From NCBI GenBank assembly GCA_002633005.1, contig NMRA01000031.1, positions 1 to 64,000 on the forward strand: a stretch of DNA of 64,000 bases. The letters run 5' to 3'. The stretch comes from Phoronis australis. Lineage: Eukaryota > Animalia > Phoronida. Positions 1-13,670 of the stretch are shown here, piece by piece. A program made the position numbers and the translations under genes. The first letter of the stretch is position 1; each line of letters starts with the position of its first letter. A model generated the notes under the pieces. It was not told the origin of the DNA, ran no database searches, and saw only the letters and a program-made list of their open reading frames with translations.

Positions 1-2466
1 CTAAGTTCGTGGAAGTAGTAACCATATGATTTCGATGTTAGAGCCTTCGAAGTGTGTTTGGGTTCGAGAAAGTAGCCCGTTCGCCGGATCGACTGAGGCC
101 ACGACTCATTAAGACGATGAAAAAAAACACGCCGGGGATTTGCGGTCATAGAACCCGGCGCTTTTCCGTCGCGGGAACAATTGGGAAGGAGGCGTTTGTC
201 CTCTCAGCTGCTCCCCAGTTGTTTCTGTCCGACGGAGTTGAACGGCAGTTGCCACTCAACATCCATGTCCAAAATCAGCGTTTTAATATATGTAGATGGT
301 TTCGCCAGCTGGAGAGAGTGCGCGTTCGTGCACGTGTTGACTCTCAGAGATTTTTGCAAGGCACAAAAATTAGGAAAGTCTAGCATCTGGCTGTAATTGC
401 AAAAATCTTCTATCTATTCAGTTGTTGTCGTCCTTGGCACAGTGCTCATTCAATACGAAGTTCGCCATCCGTGTGACGTTATCGTGTACATTTACAATCG
501 TCTCCATCGCATCTCCAGTTCAGTGTTTTCAAAAACGTGTCCAATCGTCGAGTTTGTAGTACCACCGGCTGACGAATTTCCCGAAGAGTCATAACCATAT
601 AATATACGAAACATAAGACCGGACACTAAAACGTTGCCGAGCCTAAGCTCCGACAAGTGAGACTGTCCCAAATCCAAATAAATTCTGCGTACACCTCCCT
701 GACACTGATATTGCATAAACCTTCAAGCCTTATTTCAGTTCCCCTGATTAAATTGCCCTTTGGCAGTGACACCCCCCCCCCCTCCAACTCAAAATCCTGG
801 ATCCGTCCCTGGATTCCCGCTTGTTTCAGATAATGTTGAAAATTCAACGTAGAGTTTACATGTAGCCCGCTGTGTATCAAAGTTAAAATTTGACTCGTTC
901 AAACACTGATTGCGATTTTATGTAACGTCCTATCCGGACTTACATGTAGTCCCTATTTATTTGCTTTGAAATAAGGGCCCAGTTCTGTCATACATGTATA
1001 TCTTAAGAAATTGTCACGAGTGAGAGGAGCTCATAATAAACATATATGGGTTTGATTAGAAAAATATAACATTTATGACTAAACTAAGTATACAAATGCG
1101 CTGAAGGAGGAACGTAATCGAATCCTTGTTGGAACTGTGGCATCCAACCATATACAGTACATGTAATTTGCATTGCACATAAGGTCACATTGGCTGTTAT
1201 CGAAGTCTGACTTAAGACACGAATTTGGTCGTAAACTTCAACTTCACAATTGCAGAATAAAGGTTTAGTGGCTGGAGCAAATATGATTCAAAAAATGTCT
1301 CAGTACCTAGTAGTTATGTATATATTCTCAGAAACTTGCCACTTTTGCTCAAGTGAGATTTAATTGCGTGCCACGTAAGACCAAATTTTTGCCCTAGGTT
1401 TAAGTCACTTTTAATCATAAAATAAACCCCAGATCTAAACAAAAAATTCATTTAATATTTTAATTCAAGAAGACGAAAATGGCTAGTAACGTGCATGTAA
1501 ATACAACAAGCATTATGAAGTGCAAATGAGCAAAAAGGCGTGAGAAAAGGGATAGTTTTGTGGTGTTCACCAAAAGTGATGGTGGTTTCTGAACTGAGTA
1601 CTTAGCGTCATATTACTCGTGTGGTATTTTGCCTCCAGGTAACATCCTTTCTCCGGTGAGTATATTTTACCCTTTTAGGTGGTGGTTACCTTTCGGAGTT
1701 ATCGTCCTGGGTCAGTATATGAGAGCCAAGTGACGACTTGAGGGTGGCGAAACTGTTGTCTCGGCTACAGGTGCTTGCATCATATGGAGTTGTCTCGCGG
1801 TTACCTATTTTTCCAGATTCTAAGTTATTGTGTTTATCCGGATTTCCAGAGCGCGGAGGCACATTCCTGTTCAATAGGGGACACCTCTGTGCAGGATGCG
1901 CTCTATTGTAGCAGTCCCCTACTGCAAGCAAATCTTTAATTGATATATGATATGTAGATCAGACTTGTAGCTGTTGTAAATACTTCCGCCATGAACGTGC
2001 GCTAGTCGCCTCATAAACGTCACGAATTTTTTCGATTCGAAGTCGATAATTCAAAGCCTGTTGTGGAAAGGAGGTGTTCGATTGAACCCGCTAAAACCAA
2101 TTGATTTTCTTTTGAACAGGCACAGTCTCTAGAATTCAACTGAAAAAGTAATTGATTAGTGAAAAATGGGTCTTTACCTCAAACCTAGAACCACCGTGAG
2201 CATCAACCTCGTTGTATCGAACGGAAGACGATGAATGTGAGTTCACTTTCCTAGCGTTGTATTTACTTGGGCGAATGAGAAAGAATAATAAGCGGTAATT
2301 GAGCGGGGTGCGCTGCCAGATAGGATACGTGAACCGAACGAGTCTTTGTGTGTTTTTAATACACCAATGCATTTGGCTTTGTAGCCCAGATCGTTCACGA
2401 TAGTAAAAGAAGAGACGTCATACATGTACAATGTAGATATGACTTCCGCTAATTGACACACTGAGT

Positions 2467-2585
2467 CACAGGCGCTTGGGTTTATCGCAAATGACGTCAC
2501 AATATACATGTATATATAAGAAAACATATGTTTTCTTATATACATTATTGAGTGACGTCATTTGCGATAAACCCAAGCGCCTGTG
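2467..2585. repeat. Near-perfect ~120-bp palindrome/hairpin (possible MITE relic)
   Basis: The 34-bp arm CACAGGCGCTTGGGTTTATCGCAAATGACGTCAC (2467-2500) is the exact reverse complement of 2552-2585. The centre TATATAAGAAAACATATGTTTTCTTATATA is itself palindromic. Confidence 0.9.
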
Positions 2586-4029
2586 CACTGAGTAGCCAGG
2601 ATTTTCACACCTGATTGCCCGTTATACATGATACCCACAAAATCTCTCCTATAATGGAACACGTATGTTTTAACAACTATATTTTGCCACAGAGGATGTA
2701 GGTTTTGATGTAATTACATTTCCGTCCACCGTAGCTGCAGCATGACAAGCGTTTTATAGGGCTCTCCAACCACTCATACTGTCTCAATATTTTACGTACG
2801 GAGCTTTTAAAAAAGTTCATTTTAATTAAAAAATTCATGAAGCGTACAAGGTATTTTACCCACAATGGCTCAATTGAAACTTAAACCTAAATAATGCTAA
2901 ATCAATAAAACTCCGAAACGAAAACGTACATGCTCTTTTTCCGACCATAGCTTTTAAAACAAAATAAATCGATTGAACGTGAATTGCGTTGTTTTGTACA
3001 AAACTTCGATGCGGACCATTTAAGATTATGAAATTGATCTCAAATTGAACGGAAGTTGATTTCTAGTTTTTCCAAGAGCTGACAGATACTTATGACCTGA
3101 GAATAGGCGGCTCGACAAATTCGCTTCCTTCGCTACCAACGATTTATTTTATGCGCCGAGCACGGTCTCATCTGATAACGAAGTACATGTATGGGCTCTT
3201 CTCCAACAGTATACTGATAATTAACAGTGGTCAGGCTATCCTGATGAGAAATTTTGCTACGTTGGGCACTTTGGCATTTAAAAAATATGCCAATGATACC
3301 GGCGAAAACTATGGATCGTGAAGTGAAACAGTTATTTTGAAACAGGATGTTGATGTTTATATCCGTAGTCGCTTCCTTGACAAATGTCTGCCCGAGGGTA
3401 AATAGTCATAACGAAATTATTCCTATCTACGGTAAAATAGCAAGAATTATTAATTGTCAAAACTTGCGCTGGTTTAGTAGCGCAATCTGTATTTAGCCTA
3501 TTGAGTAGCGTTTAGGGAGATCACAAATCAAATCTCATCATAACACTTTAATGAGAGTTAACGACGAGAGTGCACTCCGAAATTTATTAAATAGTAAACA
3601 TCATTTTTGACATGTAAGAGGGTGGGACAAACAGACAGAGATATGTTCTACAAGCCGTGAGTACTTAGCTAGGGCCCCGAAAAAGTAACACACTTTAGAC
3701 CACGTAAGTGATTACAGACAAATCCTAATACTTCAATGTAACGTTAATTGCCAGTTGAATATGTTTTTCTTACCAAGTGATGCGACAGTACTGAGTAATG
3801 TCATCGTCACGCTCAGCGACACGACACCGTCCAATAGCAACGTGAACTTGTTAATCGAGCCTCCGGCATGGGCGCAGCCGGATGTAAAAAAAATCCCAGG
3901 GCTGTGTTCACGCGAAAATTGAATATCATGCATAGAATCAAATTAATAACTGCAGGCGGTCTGGTACACGTTATACCAGACGTTCGTAGGTCGCGCATAT
4001 GGGCTCATTGCATTGATTACTTGGAACCA

Positions 4030-4186
4030 TTTTTGTACTTTATCATATATCTAGTTATAATCGAGCTGAGGAGCCGCAGAAACCTATCCAACTCAAGGGG
4101 CTAGCAGCCGTGGCCGAGTGGGCTCGAACCCACAACCCCGAGTAAAGAAAACTTGCCTCTATCACATTAGGCCATACTGCCTCCTC
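4030..4186 (-). mobile_element. tRNA-derived SINE
   Basis: Minus strand reads GAGGAGGCAGTATGGCCTAATG (A-box-like) ... GGGTTCGAGCCC (B-box) ... CTGCTAG. The same head and CTGCTAG core recur near 17586 (+) and 20165 (-). No full cloverleaf; 3' boundary approximate. Confidence 0.6.
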
Positions 4187-7100
4187 AATGTCAAGCAAAA
4201 CGAACAGGTCAACTGGAATAAATTGTTGATAACAAATTATCTAAATGTATTGGAAATAATCAAAAATGCTGCATTTCTGATGCGGCAAAAGCTGATTACT
4301 CTCGGGGTTCTTAAACGTTGAAAAACGTGACAAATTCAATTTCTTCTTCAACTGAGGTAGTAAACGTTGCCTTGCAATGACGTTTTGATGTTTTAGGTTT
4401 AGACATGGAGATGTGGTTCACCAGTCATTGTAACGAGATGACGGCCTGCTCGGCTAGTGTCAGGTTCAAAGTGATATATCGTCCGATGCTCACAACCTGG
4501 TCGTGGGCAATCACTCCACGTTTGTGAGACATGGTGGACAACTGATACCCTAGTCAGTCCACGTGTTCTTTTCAAAACGCACATCGTTTAAAACTTTAAT
4601 TCGTAGTTCTCGTTTAAGACAGAGGACACGTGGGAACTGGTCGAAGCTTCTGTATGACGAGAAAAGCATCGCAGGTTACTTAGTCGGGTGGTCTGGACGA
4701 CCCCGAAAATGTTATTGGCATTTTCTGTTATACTTTTGTATGATTCCAAGATTATGTGTTATTCTGTACAGCATAGTTTGGGCACATGAGCTTAAGGTCG
4801 CACTCAATGACCATTTGTTTCGAGCGACGTATAACTTGAGTAAAAACTCAAAATTTCGAGTTTACAGTCCAACTTATAACTTTAATTCTGGTGTCATCAA
4901 ATGCAAACTAGAACAAAGAATAACCAACTCTAGACTTGAGATCGCACAAAAAAAACATCAAGCACCAAAACTAATCGCAAGTTTCGTTTTCAGGGCAAAG
5001 ATTAGATCCGTGTTACAGGAGGTAATTTGACGCCGAACGAAATGAACAAAAAACGTGTACTTACCATAATCATTGGCATTTCATGAAATCAAATCGAAAT
5101 GTTGGTCTTCATATCTATGTAAAGGTGTACCTATTAGCAAAATACCACCCGGTTAGATTATCTTTTAACGGACGAAAAAGAACGGCATTTGTTTTGTAAG
5201 ATCGGGCATCCAAAGCAATCTCAAACGACCACTTCCTAAGACAGCTTCAGTACCCTATTCCCTTCCTCATAAATTGTCTCTTTGCCAAACTGTTTTGAGT
5301 GGATTCATGAAATGTCGTCGTTTTCAGAACTTGGTTGACAGTTTCTCATTACCGTGCGTCAACTCGTGGACAAGACGGTCTCGCTACCTAGTGACTGCGT
5401 TTTGCGCGTTTTCCCAATCACCAGGTGGCGGGCCGCCTATAAAGTTCAGCTCACCAAACGACATGCGAAAATCGGAGACATTGTAAGCAGTAATGGTCAC
5501 TTGGCAATGCTTTTGATGTCCGATAATAAAAGAGAATGCAAAGCCTCAGTTTTGTTTGAAAATACCGCATCTGGTTATACGTGGAAATAAAATGACAAGA
5601 CCTAAGCAAGATAGTGCGCTACGGATGGTGGGCTTAATTTATTTCAAACCTCATTTAGTGGCCTCCATTCTAACTCGTATACCAAAAAACAGGCTTTTTC
5701 AAGTAGTGAAACTATATATTTTCTGAAAGAAAACGATCGTGGAATATAAAAAATATTTTAAATTCAAATCCAATGTCCTGGGGGTACGCGTGAGGAAAGC
5801 TATAATTGATATCAACATTGCCGACACTGTCTTCAAACAGCAGCTACTGTCGTCGTTAAAAAGCGAATGTCAAAATCTCATTGTTTTTACCATTGTCGTC
5901 TTCCATTCTGTTCTGTCGCCGTTGCCAGAGTTTCTGCAAAGTATGTCCTACCGGTTCTTCCGCAAGAATGAAAAACTAACCAGCACCAATAGACTTATGG
6001 AATCGTCGCTCGCGTACAAGTTCAACATTGAGCAGGTATTGGCGGCGTCTGTTTTACCATCTAAAAACAAAAATAAAATATGAAAGAATAAAATGAAGGA
6101 GTGAATGGAGACCCCTATTCCGTATATTTCCGTCCTCAACATGAATACAATGTACATGTACAAACGGTTCGATATACCTGGCCGACAGCACTCGATGAAA
6201 TCTTTCCACAGACCACATTTTAGAAAAATTCCTCCAAGGACAGCGGGCCTATTGTTAAGCAGATGGAATAAAATAAACAATTGCTGACACAGCGTTGATT
6301 TCACTCAACAGGCCTCGATACTATTACAAGACACAAGTTGCAAAAAAATCATGAAGATCGGATAAGAAATGCCACCTGTGGTGTGCAAACAAAGAAAACA
6401 AAATATTTGGCGGATCGAGTCTTGGCGAAAACTTTTGCGAAGTAATGAGACCAAATTTCATAAGAATGATTGGCCTAAATCAAAACCTTTGACAGGTTTA
6501 GTACCGCTTGATGAACCCGTGATACTTGCAGCTCAGCCAGGAATCCCTCGCTCGTAACAAAACATTCTGTTCGTGCCCATTCCCTGACACTGCAAGATAT
6601 CGAACGGAGCAGTGACGTATGTTGACGCATTAGTAACTATTGATATTGTGCCAGAAACTTAAGGCCGAATCAAAATGTAGCAACTTTATATGCTAAAGTG
6701 AATACGAGTATCGTAAGGAAGAGTAAACCTTATAGCACAGGTCTCTACAACTCAGTGAGTTTCTTATACGGAAACAAGTATGGTCAAGATTTCTCCGGTA
6801 ATGATGTGTTAATGACCTGGAAAGGTACATGAATAATTCTTGAGATCACCACGAGAAATATCAGGCAAGATTCGTGAACTACTGAGACGAATCATTGGTT
6901 CAGAAATCCGAAATTTGTGTAAAATCGTATTGTCCTTACACGACAGACTGAGCTTGTGGAAACCACATTTACTTGGTGTGTATCATCTTATTGATATCGG
7001 GTCAGGTTATGTCCCTGTGTCCTTAAGGTGGCACTCATCAACTGCCCACTGTTTGTGTGTGCGTGTATGCGTGCATATCTGGCAGGGCAATCAGGGTACT

Positions 7101-7579
7101 CAATCAGGTATATCACCTCGCATTTCTTGTTGGTGAGACAGCTCGGAGTTAGGAACCCGACTCAGTAAAAGAGCATTTTACTTATAACTTGCAACCCTAC
7201 AGTCGTTTGGAAAACACCGTTTTCACACATCCTACATTTGCAAACCTGCAGTCAAAGTACTATCTGGCGAAAGTAAATAATATTGTAATGGTAAAATCAG
7301 AGAAGCAGTCGAACATGACCAATAAACAAAAATCGTACAGAAACAGTCGCGGGTGGTGTTGGAGTCACGGACCACATGGTGACCATGTAACACGAAGATT
7401 GCCGCTAGTACGAGAGCAGGCTCGAAAGCTAGGTCTGCAAACAAAAACAGGTCGCCTATAGTTAACTGCCCTATTCCCTTTTCATGACTTTTTAAAATCG
7501 CTCTGAGGTGGTGGCGAGTTACAACTATTTTTAAAATCTCTTGGTCTTTTTACACTGACCTCTTGACTATTTTCACTGT

Positions 7580-7621
7580 CACGACATTTCGGTCTGTCTA
7601 TTCTCCAGCCATCGTCAGGTG
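7580..7621 (-). ncRNA. Minimal type I hammerhead ribozyme motif in the 3' pLTR
   Basis: Minus strand: CAC-CTGACGA-TGGCTGGAGAATAGACAGACC-GAAA-TGTC-GTG. Shows the CUGANGA/GAAA core, CAC/GTG stem I and GUC cleavage triplet. Confidence 0.7.
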
Positions 7622-8413
7622 TTACTGCGTTGTTAGAAGAACGAGCACGGATATATGGTACACTCATCATGGTGTGATTTTTGATAATATGGAAGGATTT
7701 GAACCTACGACTTCTGAAACTACAGATATTTTGAGTCCAGTATATTAACCACGGAGTCATCCATTTACTTTGAGGGAATTTAACTATACCTTCCTAAATA
7801 GGCTGAGCCAGGTGTCAACTTTGTTGTTTGCTTGGCTGACTAAAGACATCGCCTTCCTTGATCCTTCTCTTGGTCTTACCTGTTTCACCGTCTAGAATTC
7901 TCATGTTATTTCACTGGATATTGTGTTGCTTCGTCCACATGTGTTCTGCTACTCCTGATGAGGTATTACCTTCTCTACAACACCTCTTATGTTCAGCAAT
8001 TCTTATCTCCAGCGGTCTTAATGTTTCACCGATATATGATTCGTCACATTCACATGGGATTTCATAGATGACATTTTTCTTTTTTTCCCATGTCGGTTCT
8101 AGGTTTGAATTTTGCCAGTCGCCGACCCATTGTGTCTGAGCTGCGATATACTGTTTTGTTTTTTTTTTAATTCTTTACATATGCGTCCTAGCTTCTCGAT
8201 TATTCCGGGTATCTATGGCAAGCACATATTAGTCTCCAGTGGGCGTTCTTCTGCCACTTTCTCTTTTCTCTGCAATGTTAAAGTCCATTTGATGAAATCC
8301 CTTGGGTAGCCAATTCTTTCGAGTTGGTTAGTCTTTTCTGCTTGGAGTGCTGTAGCACTGCAGATTTCTTTTGATCTTTATGCAAGGCATTTGATTATAC
8401 CCTTCTTGACTCC

Positions 8414-9333
8414 TTAGGTGTGGTAGGAGTTGAAGTCGAGGTATCGGCCTGCGTGGTTCTTCTTATGGTAGACCGACGTTGTTAACTGTCCTTCAACACG
8501 AGTCACTAGAACGTCTAGGAATGGGAGAGTGTTGTTTGTCTTTTCTTCTATAGTGAATCTTGGAGTTATGCTGTTCAGATGGTCAAAGAACGTCTCTGGT
8601 GGATTTTCTGAGTCTTGGCTGAATATTGTGAACGTGTCATCAACGTATCGTTTCCATATCTTCGGAGGTTTGTTAGCTGAGCTGAGGGCTGTTATTTCGA
8701 ACCACTCCATATAAAAGTTAGCTAAGACTAGTGATAGTGGTGAACCAATTGCCATTCTTTGTGTCTGCTCGTAGAACCTGTCTTGGTACTGGAAGTAGGT
8801 GGTATTGACTCAGAATATCACTAATTCCAGAATGGAACCTATCAGGAGGTTTGCATCCTCTGATGGCTGGTGGTCATGTTCTAATTTTGACCTGAGTAAA
8901 GGGAGAACCTCTGATGTTGCTACACTTGTGAATGTTGTGAATGGGCTTTCGACATCAAAGCTCACCATGGTGTCATTTGGTGTAATGCTGACTGATGACA
9001 TCATTGACTCGAAGTGCTTCGTGTCCTTTACGTACATGTACGAGTCAGTTTTCCAACTAGTGGGGATATGATGTTGTTGAGGAATCTAGCCAGTTGGAGG
9101 CAGGGACAATTAATGTTGCTTATAATTGGTCTCATTGGCATATCAGGTTTGTGTATCTTAGCTTTATCATATATGTTCGGGACGTTTGTGTTGTTTGGGT
9201 TGATTCGCTGGAGTATGTCACGTGGCAATGAGTCTTGTACAGTTTTCAAGAGGGGTTTGATTTTCCTTTCCACGCTCTTGGTCTTGTCAGACATTACTTC
9301 CTTATACTGCCCACTAGATAGTAGATCAGTCAT
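8414..9333 (-). pseudogene. PLE reverse transcriptase domain, broken by frameshifts and stops
   Basis: ORFs 9028-9333, 8810-9037 and 8414-8755 carry consecutive PLE RT motifs, including YVDD. Confidence 0.9.
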
Positions 9334-10185
9334 CTTCCTGTTTTAGTCATCCTTATCAAGTACTACTGTTGCATTGCCTTTGTCAGCTTGTAGGATGGTG
9401 ATGTTTTCATCCCGTGATAGGCTACGTAGGACCATCTCTTCATTCCTATTTAAGATGTTTCTTTGAATTTTGGCTTTGGTGAGCGTTTCTCTACACTTAA
9501 CACATACGTTTCCCTATTAGCAGTTGGTAGCTTGGTGGTGGCTGCTTCAATGCTGGCTACAACATCCATTGTTTGCATTCTTTTTGGTCGGATGGCATAG
9601 TCAGACCTGTGGACAGAAGTAGGGATTCGGCAACTGTCCTTTCTGTGCTTGATCTGTTCACAACCACACCTTGGGTTGTTGTTCTTCTTTTAGCTTGTTG
9701 AATTTCAGGACCTGACGTTGTTTGATCTGTCTGTTGTAGTTGTCTCTTGATCTCGAGACTGCGTTTTCCAACCGTTGATACTCCTCTACATGGAGCATGG
9801 TTTCATGATGATTAATTTGACCGATTTTAAGTGTTGTTTCTCGTTTCTAGTGTCTGTGGTGGTCAATTTGCTCCTTCATCAATGCTAGAGAGGTACGTGT
9901 ACAAATTCGTCTTGCCCTTTGGCTGGACTGGTAAACTTTCAGTGTGAAGTCCTTTGGAATGACATTGTTATCTCTTCATCGCATTAGGGACGTTAGGCTG
10001 TTGTGCTCCTTACACGGCTTTAAAAACTGTGCCTTCTCTAGGTGTCTGAATGCGGTTATTGCTCCGAAACCATGCCGTTCGCATAATGACTTTCTAAAAC
10101 CGCTGATTTGAGGCGGTGGCGAGTTACAACTATTATTAAAATCTCTTGGTCTATTTACACTGACCCTCTTGACTATTTACACAGT

Positions 10186-10227
10186 CACGACGTTTCTGTC
10201 GGTCTATTCTTCGGCCACCGTCAGGTG
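10186..10227 (-). ncRNA. Minimal type I hammerhead ribozyme motif in the 5' pLTR
   Basis: Minus strand: CAC-CTGACGG-TGGCCGAAGAATAGACCGACA-GAAACGTC-GTG. Has the short palindromic helix III (AC/GT) typical of PLE hammerheads, and one core substitution (CUGACGG). Confidence 0.7.
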
Positions 10228-10294
10228 TTCCGGCGTTCTTAACAGAACGAGCACGGATGTGTGGTACACTCACACACTGTTGGATGCACATATA

Positions 10295-12483
10295 TTTTAG
10301 CACAGTCAAAGTACATGCATAGCTATTTTCTCTTCTATGATTGAGTTTTAATGTGTTGGGAGTGTCACAGGTGCTGTCTTGGGACTGAATTTCTGTCCCT
10401 ATCTATTTCTTCTGGTTTTATCTCCACTGTCATATAAGAATTAATCTCAGTCCCTATCTGAAGTGGTTGCAGGTCACAACTCACACTATCACAACGAATA
10501 AATGAACAGAGACATGCAGGGTACGGTCTACTGTAATGGGATTCTAGAAAATGAAGCAATACACAATTACGACTATATGGGTTAACTGTATTTGATCTGT
10601 TCACTCCAATGTTGTTAACCACTGAAGCGTATGTAGCATGTCTGACTGAACATGTATATAGCCAAAATATAGTCATGGGATCGAACACAATGACGGGTAG
10701 CAAGAAAACGCCTCAGAGAAGTTTCAAATAGATTTAGAGGTTGCGTTCTACCATGAAAAAAAGAATAGTTTGTAAAATTGTGACATCAGAGTATTTCTAA
10801 GCTGTAAGGTCACCTTGGTTATCTTCAGTCTCATTTTGCATGAGGAAAGCTCGCCTGGTCTCTAGCTATAGCACTACAGCCCTCGTACTGCTATTCTGTC
10901 TATAACCAAGAAAGCATCAACTTACCAACCCCTTGTTGTCACTAGTAGTAGAAATAGTAAACATTGGATCTTCACACCCGGCCACAAGCCATTTATCGTC
11001 TGGCCTAGTATTCTGTACACTCTATGAATGACTTTTATAAAATACTTAGTTTTTTCATTAAAATATACAAAAACAGCACAAAAAACAATGTATGACATGA
11101 CATCGAATTTTTTTCTACATTCAATATTTATAATTTTACAAAGTAATAAGTTGATGTGAAGGTAGTGTATGAATATAAACTTGCAACAATTTTCATTTAC
11201 AGGCTTTGGTGATTTATTTTCAAGCTTTTCGGTTTCCTCTATACACTTTTTAGTATTTCATGATATTTTCGTAATAGTGGATATAACAGTTTTACCGCTA
11301 TATCATATAATGAGATTTATTTCAGTTGCGAAATTATATTTCCCTGTGTAAGTTGGTCACTGGTGTCATTCATGTAAATAAACACCAGTGAGTAGACCAA
11401 GACACAAAATAATAGCAGATGTTCTCTAAAGTTGGTGACGGATGTCAAGCTTTTCATGAATATAGACATTGGACCAATGACATTATTGCCACTGTCTCAA
11501 TTGCAAATGGTGTCCGTGACTTAGTCGTAAAATTCTCTGGTTGGTCCGATTTCAACAGCAAATTGATGGAGGCCAAATCAGGAAACGATTACTACCAAAA
11601 GATTTTGTTCTAAGCTTAAGCGACATAAAACCACATTTTGTACAAAAATTAAGTTTGAAAAAAACTATGGAAAAATGTAATAGGTTTTAGTGCCATGATT
11701 ATCCAGAACTCATATTGTTTTTTTGTTTTTTTTCACAAAGTCTTTCCATTAACTGACAGATACTTTTTATTGTTACTACTTGTGGTCTTTAAGGCATTAT
11801 TGATTCCTCATGCAGAGAATGCTTCGACGTTAACTTACGTAATACAATCTTGTTTATTCATTATTTATAGTCTTTGTATGAACCAAAGCACCATGGATAT
11901 GCTGGTCATACTTTATATGCATTCCAAAATGTGACTGAAGCTAACCAAGGTGACCTTACAGCTTAGAAAAACACTGATGTCACAATTTTATACTCTATTC
12001 TTTTTCATGATAGAATGCAAACCCTTTCATGAAATTAATATAAGAAATTTAAGTGCCAACTAATGACATGACAGCAGAAATTCATTTGAGAATTTCCGAC
12101 GTTTTCTTGCTATCATCATCATTGTGTTTGTTCCCAGACTTTGTTTTGGCTTCAGTCAAACGTCCCTAATGTGCTTGGTAACAACATTGAAGAAACAGGT
12201 CAAACATGCAGTTAAGCCATATGGACTAAATGTGTATTGCTTCAACATCCGCCATTAGTTCCTGGAATCCCATGTCCCCTCCATGTCTTTGTTTATTCTA
12301 TTTGTTGTGATTTTGTGGGTTGTGACCCGTGCAGCCACTTCAGATAGGGACTGAGACTGATTCATCTGTGACTGGAGACACATGTATTACCAGGAGAAAT
12401 CGGAGAGGAACTTCAGTTCTAAAACAGCACCAAAATACCCCTTCCAACACATTTAAAGCTCATTCGGAGAAGAAAAAATAACT
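10295..12483. mobile_element. Foldback-type element with long (~550 bp) imperfect inverted arms
   Basis: 10295-10850 matches the reverse complement of ~11915-12483, e.g. CTAAGCTGTAAGGTCACCTTGGTTA / TAACCAAGGTGACCTTACAGCTTAG and TCTCAGTCCCTATCTGAAGTGG / CCACTTCAGATAGGGACTGAGA. AT-rich non-coding spacer; boundaries approximate. Confidence 0.7.
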
Positions 12484-12485
12484 AT

Positions 12486-13670
12486 CTTCTTCTTTCTTCT
12501 TCCTTCTTCCCAAATACAACAAACGATCGTGGTATCGATTCTTACTTGTTGGCGCATTGTTAGTATAAAACTGAGGTGCACATAACTGTGAAAAATAACG
12601 ATAAAACGAAGTGCTGTTTAGTGCCAAGAAAAAACAGGTCTTAATGATTACTGTGTAAGAGTGATGTTCAAGATGTGACTTGTGAATATTTTTATTGTTT
12701 CTGATGAGATGGTGAATTGTAGGAGTCTATTCCAGAGTAGAATGGTAGATGGAAAGAAAGAGTTTGCGTAGTATGCGGTGCGGATGTATAATCTCTCAAA
12801 GGTATGAGAGGGGGAGTTTAGTGATCTGGAGGTATGTAGGAGTGAAAGGTATGAGTGAGGAATAGCAACCAGGTGACGTACGGTCTTGTACAGAAGCGTG
12901 AGTTTGTTCTGAGCTCGTCTTTCCTAGAGGGTGGGCCAATTGAGAGTTTTGAGCATGGATGAAGCGGAGGAGTACCTTGAGTAGTCATTTAAAACAAACC
13001 TGGCTGCTCTATGCTGTATTTTTTCTATTTTTTCAATGTTTGAACGAGTGGATGGATCCCAGACGGAGGAGGAGTATTCTAGTTTTGGTCTAACAAGTGA
13101 AGTGTAGGCAAGGGCTTTCGTTTTTTGAGGAGCATATTTGAGATTTCATTTAATAAAGCCAAGAGTTTTGTTTGCCTTTGAGGTGATTGTGTCTATATGA
13201 GTGTTTTACGATAAATTATTGGTGAGAGTGACCCCGAGGTATGGGGCTTCATTAATGCAATTGAGAGAAGCGTTGTGTAGGCTGTAATTGTATATTATGG
13301 GGGAACGTTTTCTGTGGATACGAAGAATATTGCCTTTGGAGATACATGTATAAAAGTACCTTTTCCAGGAGTTTTCCCAAGAGGCTAGGGAGTCTAAGTC
13401 TTGTTGAAGAATTTGGCAATCGTGGGGGAAACAATGGGTCTGTAGAGAACTGCATCATTAGCAAAAAGCCGGACATTAGAAAGAATGGTGTCAGGAAGGT
13501 CGTTTATGTAGAGTATGAAGAGTGCAGGGCCAAGGACAGAGCCCTGGGGCACTCCTGGTTGAAATGGGGAGGAATTTGAGAACTCGCCATCGACGACGAC
13601 TCTCTGTGTTATATGGGATAGAAATGACTGGATCCAATCGTGGGTGAGACCCCTTATACCGTAGTATATG
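12486..13670 (-). mobile_element. 5'-truncated non-LTR retrotransposon (CR1/L2-group) RT fragment with (GAA)n-like tail
   Basis: GIRGLTHDWIQSFL..QRVVVDG..GVPQGSVLGPALFILYINDLP..VRLFANDAVLY. Downstream YLGVTL and AYTSLVRPKLEYSSSVWDP motifs. GAA-rich tail at 12486-12510. Confidence 0.88.

Larger units (their letters stand above)
7483..10272 (-). mobile_element. Penelope-like retroelement (RT + GIY-YIG endonuclease), degenerate, bounded by direct pLTRs
   Basis: Frameshifted RT pieces: KIHKPDMPMRPII, MVSFDVES, MAIGSPLSLVLANFYMEWFE, WKRYVDDTF, LPFLDVLV. GIY-YIG region NVIYEIPCECDESYIGET..RIAEHKR near 7950-8080. ~185-bp direct repeats at 7483-7666 and 10085-10272. Confidence 0.92.

Noticed and set aside
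4030-4186. Possible tRNA gene
   Set aside because: Only A/B-box-like motifs without a complete cloverleaf; related diverged copies indicate a SINE.
4563-7461. Several 60-155 aa ORFs
   Set aside because: No recognisable motifs or consistent exon structure; expected by chance.
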